Source: Trichoplax adhaerens (lineage: Eukaryota > Animalia > Placozoa). Taken from it: a DNA stretch of 64,000 nt. Both the position numbers and the translations under genes were made by a program. The DNA lies in NCBI RefSeq assembly GCF_000150275.1, contig NW_002060945.1, forward strand, positions 8,014,011 through 8,078,010, in the 5' to 3' direction. The notes under the pieces were generated by a model. It saw only the letters and a list, made by a program, of their open reading frames with translations. It searched no databases and was not told where the DNA came from. Positions 1-17,694 of the stretch are shown in pieces (position 1 is the stretch's first letter; every line of letters begins with the position of its first letter).

Positions 1-1252
1 ATATATCCTTGACATCGCTAGGCCGTTCGGTCTAGCGCGGCTATCTTATTTATTTATAACTGTCACAGAGCGATGTCTGTGATACTGTATTGATTTTGTT
101 TACCATTAGTTGCTAATGATTTAGCCTAATAAAATTATTTTACTATTTTTACTAGAACTGCTTTATACTTACGTGGTTGTATCTTACAGTAGATCTCCAT
201 CAGAAAAAGGGAAGTATAACTATTCTCGTAGAGTAGTATCGCTCACAAAGTTACAAAAGAAATTGTGATAATAACGTAATTATCAAGATTTCGCCATAAA
301 ACCTACTTTCCAACATGTGCGTATAATGGAGGGGGCATGTAAGGCATAGAGGATATACCGTAGGATGATTTATATGAAATAGGAGTTACATCTATAAATA
401 CTTGAATACTGTATTACAAAGATTACCTACGCAACACTTGATGCAGTTTATCGATATCTTTAATGTAATAGCAGACGTATCAATCAAATTGCATGTATCC
501 ACATATCGTTAGTTACAACTTACAAGTCACAAAGTAAAAATCTTATGTGTCTTGTGAAATCGATCTTGGATATAGTGTGTATGCGTATGTTATTCGTTCC
601 GTCTAGCTCACGAAATCGTAGGATGTAATAAGTTACGCGTATGACAGAATTTAGATCTATACAACGTTAGAGTTTATGCTGATAACGTCATAAATTAAAT
701 AACCGATAGATATCATATGATTCCTCTCAATGAGAATGAACAATGTGCACAAAGGTATAGAAGCAATAGTAAGGACGAAGCGATGAAGAATTGAAATGTC
801 TAAGCAAGTTCATAGCAATATATTCACACGGGTAAATTAAGTGGGTAATCATCACAAATCATGAACAATATAGCAATGTAGAACTGAACGTAACAATGAT
901 ACTTTGACACCACGAATGCTATCTATCGCATTCAATTAACGTCCTGAATTAACTTCACTTCAATCGCATTGAAAATTTTGGGTAGTTACCGCTATTTTAG
1001 TATGAGTACTCAAAGAAGCGAAGTACAATTAAATTGGTTAGTTACCATGACTCCTCCATATAGGTCTGCTGATTGATTAAAGAATTTATGACCCCTTACT
1101 GAGACACCTAGTAAGACATTTCTTGATAAAAGTACGATTAAAACGACAACGAAACATTTCGATACGCTAGCAACCAGCCGTCGCTCTGCTGTTAAGTTCT
1201 TTATTGGCCTAATTTTCTTTTCTTGATCTTCATTAATCAATCATCATCTAAA

Positions 1253-3072
<1,820 letters not shown>

Positions 3073-5263
3073 CTATTATCATCTTTTAAATAATTCGACT
3101 TAAAAGATATTATTTTGGGGGTAGTATATAAAGTCTGAACAGTGTCGCCTTCATAATGTAATGTCTTACATGTCGGAATAAGATATCCTTAAAGTATACC
3201 TATATCGACATAATACTCGTATACTACTCTTCATGCGAATTAATATTATTAAAGCCTTTGGTATATTATCGGTCACCTTCAATATACGGTAATTCTTCGT
3301 AAAATTAAAACGCTCTATGATTTAGAAATCATAGTCTGGATCGGCTAAGCTCATCGTGATTTGATTCTTAAGACTCTTGAGAATTCTAGTTTTACAACTT
3401 AAATATTAGTAATTTCGTTGTTTTATTTATTCTGTATTTATCAATTTCTACTTAAAAAGTAAAATATTCGCATATGCACTATACGATATAAATCACTAAA
3501 TACGTATACCATCTGACTTGTTTATTATCTATTTTGTTAATATAATCCATTCTATCTTTCATTAATCCATATCAAATAAAATTTTCGCTGATACACGTAC
3601 TCTAAAAGTCTAATTACATGTTAAATCTGTGAGTGCCTCGATAGAAACTAGAGCTAAGCCTGGTTAAGGACAGAGTTACAAACATCATTACACGTTCAGG
3701 TATTCACATACGCTTGTATAACATCACAAACAAGGCGTAAAAGTATTAACTCCACTCTATGTAATATTTTCTTTCAGTAGTTATATCCGAGCACCAAGCT
3801 GTACTAATTTATCATATAAAGTAGCGACAAAGTGGAACAAACTTATAATGCGTAACAACTATAGTAATGCAACTCTCTAGCTTATAGGATATTCAAGTTT
3901 CGTATCTGATATCACGAGCTTCTCAGCGGCTTTTAGGATAATATAACTGAGAAGTCCTTCCTAATCTACCAGATCTTATACGCATACACATACTACAACA
4001 TGAGCTACAGAATCCTACGTAGAATTTGTAGTTTATAGCTTTAAGGAAATTTTGAATATAAAGAAAAGTAGCATAAAATACTGGGCAGATTAGCCACTCG
4101 ATGTTGTAATCATATACTGTATGTTTCTTTCATGGTTGGCATAATTCTGTATCTACAGTGAAAATAGATATACTGTATACAGTATGTACTGTTTGTGCGG
4201 CATCGTCGTCTCGACCTTAGATGTACGCATAAAAGTAAAAAGCTCTTTCTATTACCTGTATAGTCTCTTCTACTAGTTCCACTCTCACTTTAGGTACAAT
4301 AATTTTTGAAGGCCATACAATCAATAGTATAATCGAATTAATCATTTTATGCAGCATACTGCAAATAGTACGGGCCAATACGCGTATTGGCCGGATATTA
4401 GGTTTCGGATGTAATTTCATCAATTTCATCAATATCAATAATTCCAATCTGATATTGCCTACTATACAGTACAGTACCGTATGGTAATTATGTAATCAGT
4501 CAGGCTAAAGATCTTGCGATCCAAAGGCTTTAAGAGTACGTCAACGTAAATTAGTGAGAAAGATTTATGTTACATCATAAACGCACGCTGAAATAATTAT
4601 TTTCACATAAGATTACTGGAATTCCTGCCTACTCACAGCAGTATACTGTACGGTACAGTGTCCACGTATATTGGATATACAGTAAAGTATAATTACAATC
4701 AACTAGTACTGTATACTATACTGTACATCATAGGAGATTTTTCGTATTTATAGTTCCATGAGGATATAAGAGTAGATCTCGAAAATCAAGACGGTTCACA
4801 AGAAGGTGAAGTAACTTCTAGCTGACTAGTGGTTATTGATTTGCCTCACGCTCAAGATTGCATCAATATTAGTACTGTACGTCTGTTTATTCCTTGCTGT
4901 TCTGTAACTCCTGTAGCGATAGAGACTGTATCAAGTATACGAGTATTGTAGCACTGTGCCATAAAGTACGTATGCACCATGAACCTGCGTTCAGATAATT
5001 TTCTCAAAGATTTTTCGGACGATTTTCAGAACGAAGAGAGACGTTAGCTCGATGTCCTGATCCCCCCTGAAACAAAAGATAACTCGGGCAAATCGTGAGG
5101 ATCAGGCCAATGAACAAACGTTGCCTCTCATCTGGAAACACTGGGCAGATTTTTCTCTTCGTAACTGCGAGTATTGTACTATCAATGTGTGAGTGTCAAT
5201 ACGGTGCTTGTGCTTATAACAGCTGCAATTCTGTGCGCTAACAGATCAAGATTATGGCTACAG

Positions 5264-5639
5264 NNNNNNNNNNNNNNNNNNNNNNNNNNNNNNNNNNNNN
5301 NNNNNNNNNNNNNNNNNNNNNNNNNNNNNNNNNNNNNNNNNNNNNNNNNNNNNNNNNNNNNNNNNNNNNNNNNNNNNNNNNNNNNNNNNNNNNNNNNNNN
5401 NNNNNNNNNNNNNNNNNNNNNNNNNNNNNNNNNNNNNNNNNNNNNNNNNNNNNNNNNNNNNNNNNNNNNNNNNNNNNNNNNNNNNNNNNNNNNNNNNNNN
5501 NNNNNNNNNNNNNNNNNNNNNNNNNNNNNNNNNNNNNNNNNNNNNNNNNNNNNNNNNNNNNNNNNNNNNNNNNNNNNNNNNNNNNNNNNNNNNNNNNNNN
5601 NNNNNNNNNNNNNNNNNNNNNNNNNNNNNNNNNNNNNNN
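5264..5639. other. Assembly gap (run of N)
   Basis: Continuous N bases. The X-rich ORFs in the track that cross it are artefacts. Confidence 1.
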
Positions 5640-5830
5640 GTAAAAAGTTAGAGTACTGTACAGTACAGTACTGTAAGCCAACTACAGTACATACTGTACA
5701 GTACTGTACACACTGTGAGTACAGTACACTACAGTATACTGTACTGTACTGTACAGTACTGTAGTATTGTACTGTACCGTACCATATGTACAGTACCGCC
5801 GGAACGCCTATACGGTACTGGTTCAGTACC
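5640..5830. repeat. Degenerate palindromic TACAG/CTGTA pentamer array upstream of tubulin copy 2
   Basis: Reads gtactgtacagtacagtactgta...tactgtactgtactgtacagtactgtag. It ends about 190 bp before the ATG at 6019 and abuts the gap. Confidence 0.9.
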
Positions 5831-6018
5831 GTATTTCTATCGGTGAGGTGATTAGTGGTTACATCGGTCAAATCACAGTCATTTAGCTTCGCTTTGGCCC
5901 GTCGCTCGCCGATACCTGTAGCGGGAAAATCTAGGACTCATTTTTGGATTTTCTTCACTTTCCTAATTGAATTCATTAATCTAATTAGTGACAATCTTGC
6001 TACCATAAACACTTCAAA

Positions 6019-8792
<2,774 letters not shown>

Positions 8793-11700
8793 TTGTGTAT
8801 CTTATGCGTTTTACATATACAGAATTGTAGCTGTTTGATTCTTGATATTTACTGTGCTACGTATCGTACGGTGTGACGTTATCGATTAATCTACTTCGTG
8901 CTCAGATTATAATTGAAATCGGGACTTGCTAAGAATGGCTTACTTGGCAACAAGTGTTATGCTAATAATATATAGTCGATGATTAGTGTTTCCGGAAAAG
9001 GTTCAATTCTTGCTTTTATCAACAATTATAATTATTTACTTGCTTGACAGTAATTTGCCTTTGTCATATAATTCAAATAGATTGTACCCTTGATATGTAC
9101 CCGATTTTGTGCCTTTCTTGCATCATTTTATATTAGATCGACCTTAAGAGATAATTTCAAAGTGCGATTATGCTTCATGCTCTCGTAAATTAGAAAATTT
9201 TTTGATTTGAATGGTTTTTATATGCTTTACGTCATAGCTATCATGGTACTGATCATCATGAATAATCTATGTTTTGTTTCATCTTCATTTGTTTAACTGG
9301 AATTGTATATTACTGCTTAATTGTATAAGATTGAATACTTTATGACAAATGCCCAACCTGTTTTACAAATAAATAGAGATTTATTTAGTGCGAGAATGTG
9401 ATGGGATGAGTGATTGACCTGATATCCCTATAGCTTGCTATTTGGAAGGATTAATTAATGCAAATTTAAAATTTTGTAGCGTACTTAATATATTCACTAT
9501 CTATGCAAGTAATTATGTACGTACATACAACTATTGAAATCCGTAATCTGCCAGTATCCAAAATCGCCAGATTTAAAATATCAACAGTATTTAAGTACGG
9601 TACTGTAGTTATAGCCATTGAAAAGGGTTTAGGTAAAATTCACAGGTCAACTCGATCATTTGTTTTTACAGTGTAGACGTTCGGTGTTACGGTAGTAATA
9701 TATTCTAATTTTCATGCTTATGTGTATATCGCAGTCTTACAATCAAAATCAATACTCTACGTTGGTGGTATGCCTCACACAGATACACTGGGATGCAATA
9801 TATTATTATCTATAATATGCAATATATAGCTACGTAATACAGTACTAGTAAACGCATAATTTAAATACCGTACAAAGTGCCTCGCCGGTTATCAATGAGA
9901 ATTGGTGAAGACCATGAAGTACAAAATCGTAGAAGCATCTGTATTTTCCATACTCATTACAGATAATTTTATGTCATCGGTAGAAAGTCTAGATATCATT
10001 AAAAGAAGGAATGAAATAAATTGCCAATCGAATTTTGAATTCTCAGGAAAACCGAACTACTGTGCTATATTAACTTAACGTAAAACCTTGTACGCGTTTA
10101 CAATGTTATGATTAATAGGAAATTAATATTTCCCTTGCTAGAATTTACCGATGCAGGTAGTCTTCGTTTGATCCACGATCGTAAGTGTTCCGAGATACCG
10201 ATTTAATACGCAATATTTACCACGGTGTACGTACACACGTTCTCTATACCGAAAACAATTTACTGTAAAGTGTAATCACATATTTGCCAGCAATCATACA
10301 TATAATTAATCAAGAAGACAGTATCACATAGTTACAGTATTGATAAAGCAAACTGTTATGCAGTAGCACTTCTATAAATTGCTTTTCGTACGCACTGTAC
10401 ACTGTGTACGGTACAGTAGTATCTGAAACATGCCAGTATACGCATATTAATTTTATTTTATATCACGTTAGAGATTTGCTCAATTTTAATAGCTCAGATT
10501 TTGAGTTAGATGATTGCGAACCTAAAAGGTTGTAAAACCCAAGCACTACAATTAAATTGCAACAAATTTGAGCAATATCAAGCGCTGGAACATAACATTT
10601 CTACCTTACCCCTAGACACGCCCAAGAATTCGCTTTTTATAATTCAATTATACCATGCATACCGTTTTATTAACCGTGTAATGATTATCTATGGAATAAC
10701 ATTCAATTTCAACTATGGTCCCACTCTCCGTTTGGCCGTGATGGTATTACCAAAAATATCGGCTCCTACTTATGTATATAGATGTATAATGGGTCATTTC
10801 ACTCATTTTTTTTATCAGTCGCATTAAATACAGTACAGGTTACAATATATTACACGTATTTACGATTGATTTATTACGATAGCTACTAGATAAGGACTAC
10901 ATTAATGTAAGCTATGTATACTGTATATCTGATAATGCATTTGCGCTATATTTGTACGACATTGTGCCAAATACGGTGTATAGGATTCTGACAGAAGCAA
11001 TTATATTGCAACATTTACATTGTTTATATTTGTTGTCAATAGCATGCGAGTATTTAAGACTATTTTATTAGCGTATGCCGTCCTGTATACTAATGTAGTC
11101 ATTGAAGCCACAATGTAGACCGCCTTATTTCACTGTCAAGTTACTGTTTAAGTTAATTGACTAAAAGGGGTAGAAGCGCCAGGACCTATGTTTATGGATG
11201 AAAACTTTATGATGATGCTTTATTTTTTTAGTCTACGTACCATATACGAGTAAATAATTTTCGATTTCCGTAATATTAAACTCTAGCAGCAAAGGCTATA
11301 CTAGTATTCTATGGCTGATTTTAGTATGAAGCATACGTAAACTGTAGCTATGGGTCCTCACTTGCACTGCACAGAATGTACGAGTTATATCAGGCATGCG
11401 AATATTAAGCGTACAGCAAGTGCCGATTAAAATTATGCTTAATAAAATTGCCACACTTCAAACTCTTTAATATTGTCTAATTTTGTTTTTATTTTTTGAA
11501 TTGAATAATGTTTATTGAATTGTTTACAGTTGAATAATCGGATTGGCTTCCGGGTACTGATTGCAATGCTGCTATATCACTACACTACTAACCAACTCCA
11601 ACTTTTAACCTATCCAATTTCATAGGCAGCTAAGTACAGTATTAAAAAACTGCAGATTTAATGCACTCGTGATTATAATAATACTGTCACTTCGCACTGA

Positions 11701-12500
11701 ATATACTGTATTCCGCCATTATATATGCATACAGTATGACTGATCTGAAAAATTAATTCTTACACGACGATGAATGGATTGATTACTGGTTAAAGTACAG
11801 TACATAGTACAGTTAAATTGAGATTTATAGTTCATACTTTGCATAAAGTAGTATCAGTCAATATATTTTTCTGTAGGTACAGTACAGTTACTACTGCATA
11901 TTGTTCCAGTTTCAAGCAGTATGGATGGCATGGGCATAGTCAGTGATCACATGGTGGGGAAGTAGGTAATGTCTTAAAACTGATCGAAGTTCAAGCGTTG
12001 GAACTTAACTTCAAATCTGAAGCTGGTTCAGTCCAAGGGCAATATTATTATTAAAAGTTAAACCGGCGTAATGTAAAAAGTACAAGTAGTCAAGTACAGT
12101 ATAATATTAACGATGATACAATAAAATCGATCCTATTACGAAATATTATATAAACACAGTAGACTGAGTCATTGATTGAAGGACTTAAGAACTTAGTGCT
12201 AAACATAACAGTTATTAGCACAGCACATAACTGAAAATACTGATCGTTTGTACCTTGGAAACGCTTGGCGTTTCCAATTTTCTGGAGAAGAATCAAAGCA
12301 ATTAAACGCCGCCATGGACTTCTAAATCTATGATTCCATAGTGTATCAGTGTTTTTTGGGACAGGTACGGGCATCTAGTATACCGTAGTTTTTCTTTTAT
12401 GCACGATTTGAACTTTGAACACTTTGGCCACTTCCTTTCTAAGTACGCATGTGTATTGGACTCCTGTCCTGTTGTCCAATGTCTGGCGTCGGTCATCACG

Positions 12501-12507
12501 TATAAAA
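12501..12507 (+). promoter_or_regulatory. Candidate TATA box of PHGDH
   Basis: TATAAAA in a relatively GC-rich context about 170 bp upstream of the ATG at 12676. The transcription start site is unknown. Confidence 0.35.
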
Positions 12508-12675
12508 AGAACGGCCCCTTCCTATTATTGGCCATTCATAGTGTCCCTTCTGGCTCGGCACGTGCGTACAATTGATTGTTCGATTTTGTTATCGAGAAAA
12601 GATTGCAGCCACCATTTGACATTTCTTTGGTAACTTTTGAAGAAATTGATTGCGATTTTGACGTCTATATTAATC

Positions 12676-15600
12676 ATGGGTGATATTCGTAAGGTCCTTA
12701 TTAGCGATAGCGTAGATCCGAAATGCAAAAGCGTCTTGGAAGCAAAGGGTATTGAAGTGACACTCAATACTAAGCTATCACCGGCTGAATTAGTTGCTGA
12801 AATCCCGGTAAGAGTCTACTGTTATCGTGTTTTTGGACAGTGTGATGGATGTATTTGGTGTTGCCTAGTGGAGTGATATGGTGGATATTGATCCTCCAAC
12901 GATACTAGGGATCACTCAACACAAATTGCTTCTCACCTTAATAAAACTCTCGTTTTTCCCCCAGTTCCCCTTGCTTCGTAGAACAACTTCTCTTAGTCTC
13001 AGGTCAAGCTTTAAATAGCAGAAGGCCCTCCCCTTTTTCTGATGTTTTCATTAAATTAATGCATCATAGTACACTTGTCGATTAAAAAAACGTTGAGAGA
13101 AATATTTCTCGATCGCTTGGTGTACTTGTTGATAGTTCAGTTCGAAACTAGTTAGTGTACATCGACGAGCCAATATAGGGTATTACTTGAGCTAAGCGGA
13201 TATACTGTACTGATCTGCAATTATAATTACAAAGTACTGTATGTACCGGGTAGTTCACTTCCTGAGGATTTTCGCAGTGCATTTTTCTTGAAAGCTCGAA
13301 AAATGACCTTTTTCGACCTTTTATACCAAATCTTCGTACTTGACACTTTATTGCAAGTATTTACTACGCTTTTGCTGTACTTTGCATAATTTTCAGTCTT
13401 ATCTACAAATACCATCATAATATTGTACAGACAGACAATCATTACATCTAAAGTACAATACATTATTGGAAACAAGTGTAGCAGTTGTCATGTTGAGCGT
13501 AAATACCATGTGCTCAACTGCTTGCTCACCTTCGGTCTTATGTTGATTCGTTTTTCTCCTACTGCCAATCATAACCAACAACATAGCAATCATCTGACTC
13601 GAATTTTGTATTGACGATGTTGTAGAAAAGAAAGAGTACTGCACTTTACATTCTCAATGACCACAACTCTCGTAGGTAACAAAAGTAGACTAAAATTAGA
13701 TGATCTGAAATTACAAGTATATAAGCCCTGTATACGTGAAAGATCAGCTCATATCCAATATAGTTACCCCTTCTATTCACCGTCAATACTGAACTGTACT
13801 ACAATGTCTTAATAAAATTAAATTATAGTACTATATAATTCTTTGAACGCTGTTGTTATGCTCCTAGAACTATGACGGTCTGATTGTAAGGTCGGCAACC
13901 AAAGTTACTGCTGAAGTTATCAAGGCTGGCAAAAATTTGAAGATAATTGGTCGAGCAGGTACCGGCGTGGATAACATTGATATTAAAGCAGCAACTGAAT
14001 GTGGTGTTATTGTAATGAAGTACGTATTAATGTTATGAAAGAGTGATATCTTTGCTATATCATTATACAAATTAAATTCCTAAGGCAATCCTGATCTAAT
14101 ATCTTCCCCTGGTATCATTTAGTACTCCTGGAGGAAATACTCTTAGTGCTGCAGAGCATACATGCACTTTGATGGTTTGTCTTGCTAGGTTAGTGATAAT
14201 AATTTCTGACTCATTAAATATTTGATAATCTTTTATGGCCATTGCTTTGCTTCGAAAGTTTTCAAAAATCATTGCAGAATCAATGAGACTTAATAAATAT
14301 CGCTGTGTTAACGACGGTGTTCTTGGATATTTGTATCAACGATCCTATTCGATTAAAATATCATAAAAAAATCGACAGACGATACCGTTTTAGAAATCTT
14401 GTCTACTGTCTTCATACTTATAACTGTCAATAACAACGTGAAGTAAAGTACCTTACTGTACTGCTTGCTAGATACTTTACGGTGTAGAAAGGACTGTATT
14501 GTTATTAATGTTAACAAATACACAATTTTATCTTTGAAATTTCAGACAAGTTCCTCAGGCTGCTGCTTCTATGCGTGAAGGACGGTGGGACAGGAAGAAA
14601 GTAAGTAAATTACTTAAATTAAAGTATAATAATATAATTATTAATAGCCGAGTCATCGCTTTATATTGCAAATCTGCCACACACTTGAGAAAATCACTTA
14701 AAGCATCCTTGATTTCATTTGTAATCAATATTAATACTGAAGTTTTCGTTAGATCGCAGAATATCTGTATATTATTGTAAAATAGTAATCTGCCACATTC
14801 GTATTTTAGTACATGGGTATCGAGCTAATGGGTAAGACGTTGGGCATTATTGGTTTAGGAAGAATCGGCCGAGAAGTTGCAACACGTATGCAGAGTTTTG
14901 GTGTCAGAGTAAGTATGATTAGGTTGCCAGGTCGTAAATCAATCTTACCGAATTTTCGTTAACTTTTTGTAGACTGTTGGCTATGATCCCATTGTACCGG
15001 CAGAGGCCGCTAAAGGTTAAGAATAAATAACATCTCTGTTCGGATTAATTACAAAATCTTCGCTTGTAGGATTGCTAGCAAACTAAATTGTTGCTCTTAT
15101 TCAACAATTGCGTCTCATTTTTGATCTTTTGTTGGTTGATAGAATTCGATGTTGAATTCTTTGAACTAAATGATCTGTGGCCTGAATGTGATTTTATTAC
15201 CGTGCATACACCTCTGATCCCGCAAACAAGAGGTACATTTAGTTGTTGGTCTTTAGTAAGACTGTGAGGCCTTTTATAGTAGTAGATACACTGCTTATGC
15301 ATGCAATTTTCCTCATTCTAGGCCTTCTAGGTGATGAAACTTTTGCTAAGTGTAAGAAAGGCGTTCGCGTTATCAACTGTGCCAGAGGAGGTATCATTGA
15401 TGAAGCGGCGTTATTGCGTGCTTTACAGTCTGGCCAGTGCGCTGGTGCTGCCCTTGACGTATTTGAGCAAGAACCACCTCAAAATACCGAATTAGTACAA
15501 CATCCTAATGTTATTCCCGTATGTCATTTGGGAGCTAGCACTGTTGAAGCTCAATCGCGTGTTGCTGTCGAAATCGCAGAACAATTTGTCGATTTCAATG

Positions 15601-16247
15601 AAGGAAAGAGTTTATTTGGAGCGATAAATGCTAATGCCATGGTGAAGGCTCTCTCGCCCAGTGCCAAGTCATTAGTCAAATTGGGAGAACGTCTTGGTCG
15701 TCTAGTTGAAGTATTGTATGGGCTTGAAGCCTGTAAGGAATTATCAATTGTGGCTCAGGGTCCCGATTACAGCGAAGCTCCATCATTTTTACCGGCAGCG
15801 ATCTTGAGCGGTGTTTTAGCCCGTGATGCTTCTGGTGTCACTCTCAACTTAGTGAATGCCCCTGATTTTGCGAAGAAGAAGGGAATCACTGCGAAAGCTA
15901 CGTATTCTGCTACACCAGATGCCAGGCATAGCAATAGCATCACCGTCAGTGTGGGAGGACACGTCTTTGGAGGTACGGTGATTGGAAATTTTTCTCCTGT
16001 CTTCACTGAGCTAGATGGGAAACAATTGCATTCTCCTATTAATGCTACTGGCAACATCGTCATCGGCCAAGGCCCGGCAGGAAGTGCTCCAAAATTTATG
16101 GTCACTATGGCTGAGCATGGCATTTCGACTTATGCGTGTAGTGGATCTGATGGTATTGGTATGCTCGATGTGTCGGCGGTTGTACCAGAAGAAGTCTTCA
16201 ATAAAATACGATCCTTGCCTGATGTAAAATCAGCTGACATGTTATAA
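12676..16247 (+). CDS. PHGDH: D-3-phosphoglycerate dehydrogenase (exons 12676-12807, 13868-14019, 14123-14188, 14546-14600, 14810-14908, 14973-15015, 15143-15232, 15322-16247)
   Basis: Spliced protein has [43 protein letters not shown], Rossmann [22 protein letters not shown] and [14 protein letters not shown]. All junctions are GT-AG and phase-consistent. Confidence 0.97.
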
Positions 16248-17694
16248 AAGCACGGCATTTTAATGTTTGCTTTTAAGTTTATATACTGTTAATTAACAAA
16301 CTGATGTAGACCTTAATCCGAATAGCAGCTACCTGTGTTACTGTTTTCGCAGAATCATTTTAACTGATGACTCTGTTGTGATCGCGTTAAGAAGTCGTTC
16401 AGTTGCACTGCTATAAAAACTGTAGCTACGTTTTAGCTATACTTTATTCGCCAGAAGTTGCAGGTGGAGTTACATAACCCATTGAATTACAGGTCGCATG
16501 ATGCGCATATTTGCAAATATCTGTTGCTGGTTTTGTAACAATGATGTTTATTATGATACCGATTCTTAAATAGGATTTCATTAAAGCGCTTTAATGATAA
16601 TTGAATTTGATATTATCTTGTCCAATGAGATTACCGTAGTTAGTTAATAATAGCTTTACTTGATCGAAGTCGGATTATAACTAATTGCGTGTGTTTTATG
16701 ATCTGGTACCGTACTGTATTGTGCCTAAGTTAACGGACATACGGTAGAATACGGTATGTCCATGGTAATATGTTCAAAGGAGAAGGTCTTATCGCAGTAG
16801 GGTGATCGTAAATCATGATCTGCTAAAGTTATCTAGTGGGTAGTTGTAAATAATTGCATACGCGGCGCGAATGATCGGTTAAATCATCCATTTGTCAAGT
16901 TCATAAGCTGGAAATAATGGAAAGGTGTCCTGCAATAATATGTCCACTTAATCCCTATATACTTTAATGTATGCATGCAAGTCCTAGAATACAAGAGCAA
17001 ATTTGTCACCTATGTACTAAGTAGCGATGCGTATTTGCATACTACCAAGGTATGAAAGTTATTGATGTAATTTAAATACAAAAAATTGCAAAGAATAATG
17101 TACATTCTGATTGCACTTATATCCCGCAAGTAATAATACTAAATGCAAATACAGTACGTACTGCCGTGATTGTTCATCAAATTTACCGATGTATCTTGGA
17201 CTAATAATCGGGATAAGCTAAAACAAAAAGTTTCTATACTGCATGAGCATGCATTATAAGTTTACACTTGGTGGTGGCTATGTACTAACTACGATTTCCT
17301 AATATCATCTAATAAAATCAACCAGGTTAATATTTATACATCTACCATCTAGCCCGATATACGTTGATTGAAATGAAGTAGTTGTATATCTTGTTTTATT
17401 AAGCGGTAGTTATACCTTAAGAATATACAATAAGCACTGTTGCATATTAAACTACAATAATTTAATATTTTATTAATTGGCTTGGCTATTGTATTAGCAT
17501 TACTGTGAGCTATAGCTCTACTGCCGCTACAAGATTCAATATCGATTATGGTATTACATCTAGAGATATCTTGTTTTCGACTAGTATGATATGCTATTAC
17601 AGTTATCAGTCAGTCAAATTGCAGCAGCTTCAAGTCCTTCGACGTTAACTAGTTACTATACTTTATGTAATACGTATTATCATCGCAATGCTGA

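Noticed and set aside
16-37. Small hairpin cgctaggcc-gttc-ggtctagcg
   Set aside because: A single 9-bp stem at the window edge with no supporting context. It does not match the histone stem-loop or an RNA family I recognise.
4217-5170. Short ORFs and a relatively GC-rich patch between the tubulins
   Set aside because: No recognisable protein or RNA motif and no consistent exon chain. It may be a UTR or promoter cut by the gap.
5640-5830. Resemblance of the arrays to bacterial LexA SOS boxes (CTGT-N8-ACAG) or to a CRISPR array
   Set aside because: The context is spliced eukaryotic genes. There is no fixed half-site spacing, no repeat-spacer periodicity and no cas genes.
5174-5871. Long ORFs in the track across the N-run, and YCTV-rich ORFs such as 49398-49589
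   Set aside because: They are artefacts of ambiguous bases and of translating the TACAG/CTGTA repeat.
15500-15545. PHGDH active-site CHLGAST instead of PHLGAST
   Set aside because: The catalytic His and surrounding motifs are intact, so this is most likely tolerated variation.
15767-16227. Antisense and alternative-frame ORFs overlapping PHGDH, the tubulins, the GTPase exon and the CAP gene
   Set aside because: They are shadow ORFs of real coding exons with no independent motifs or splice support.
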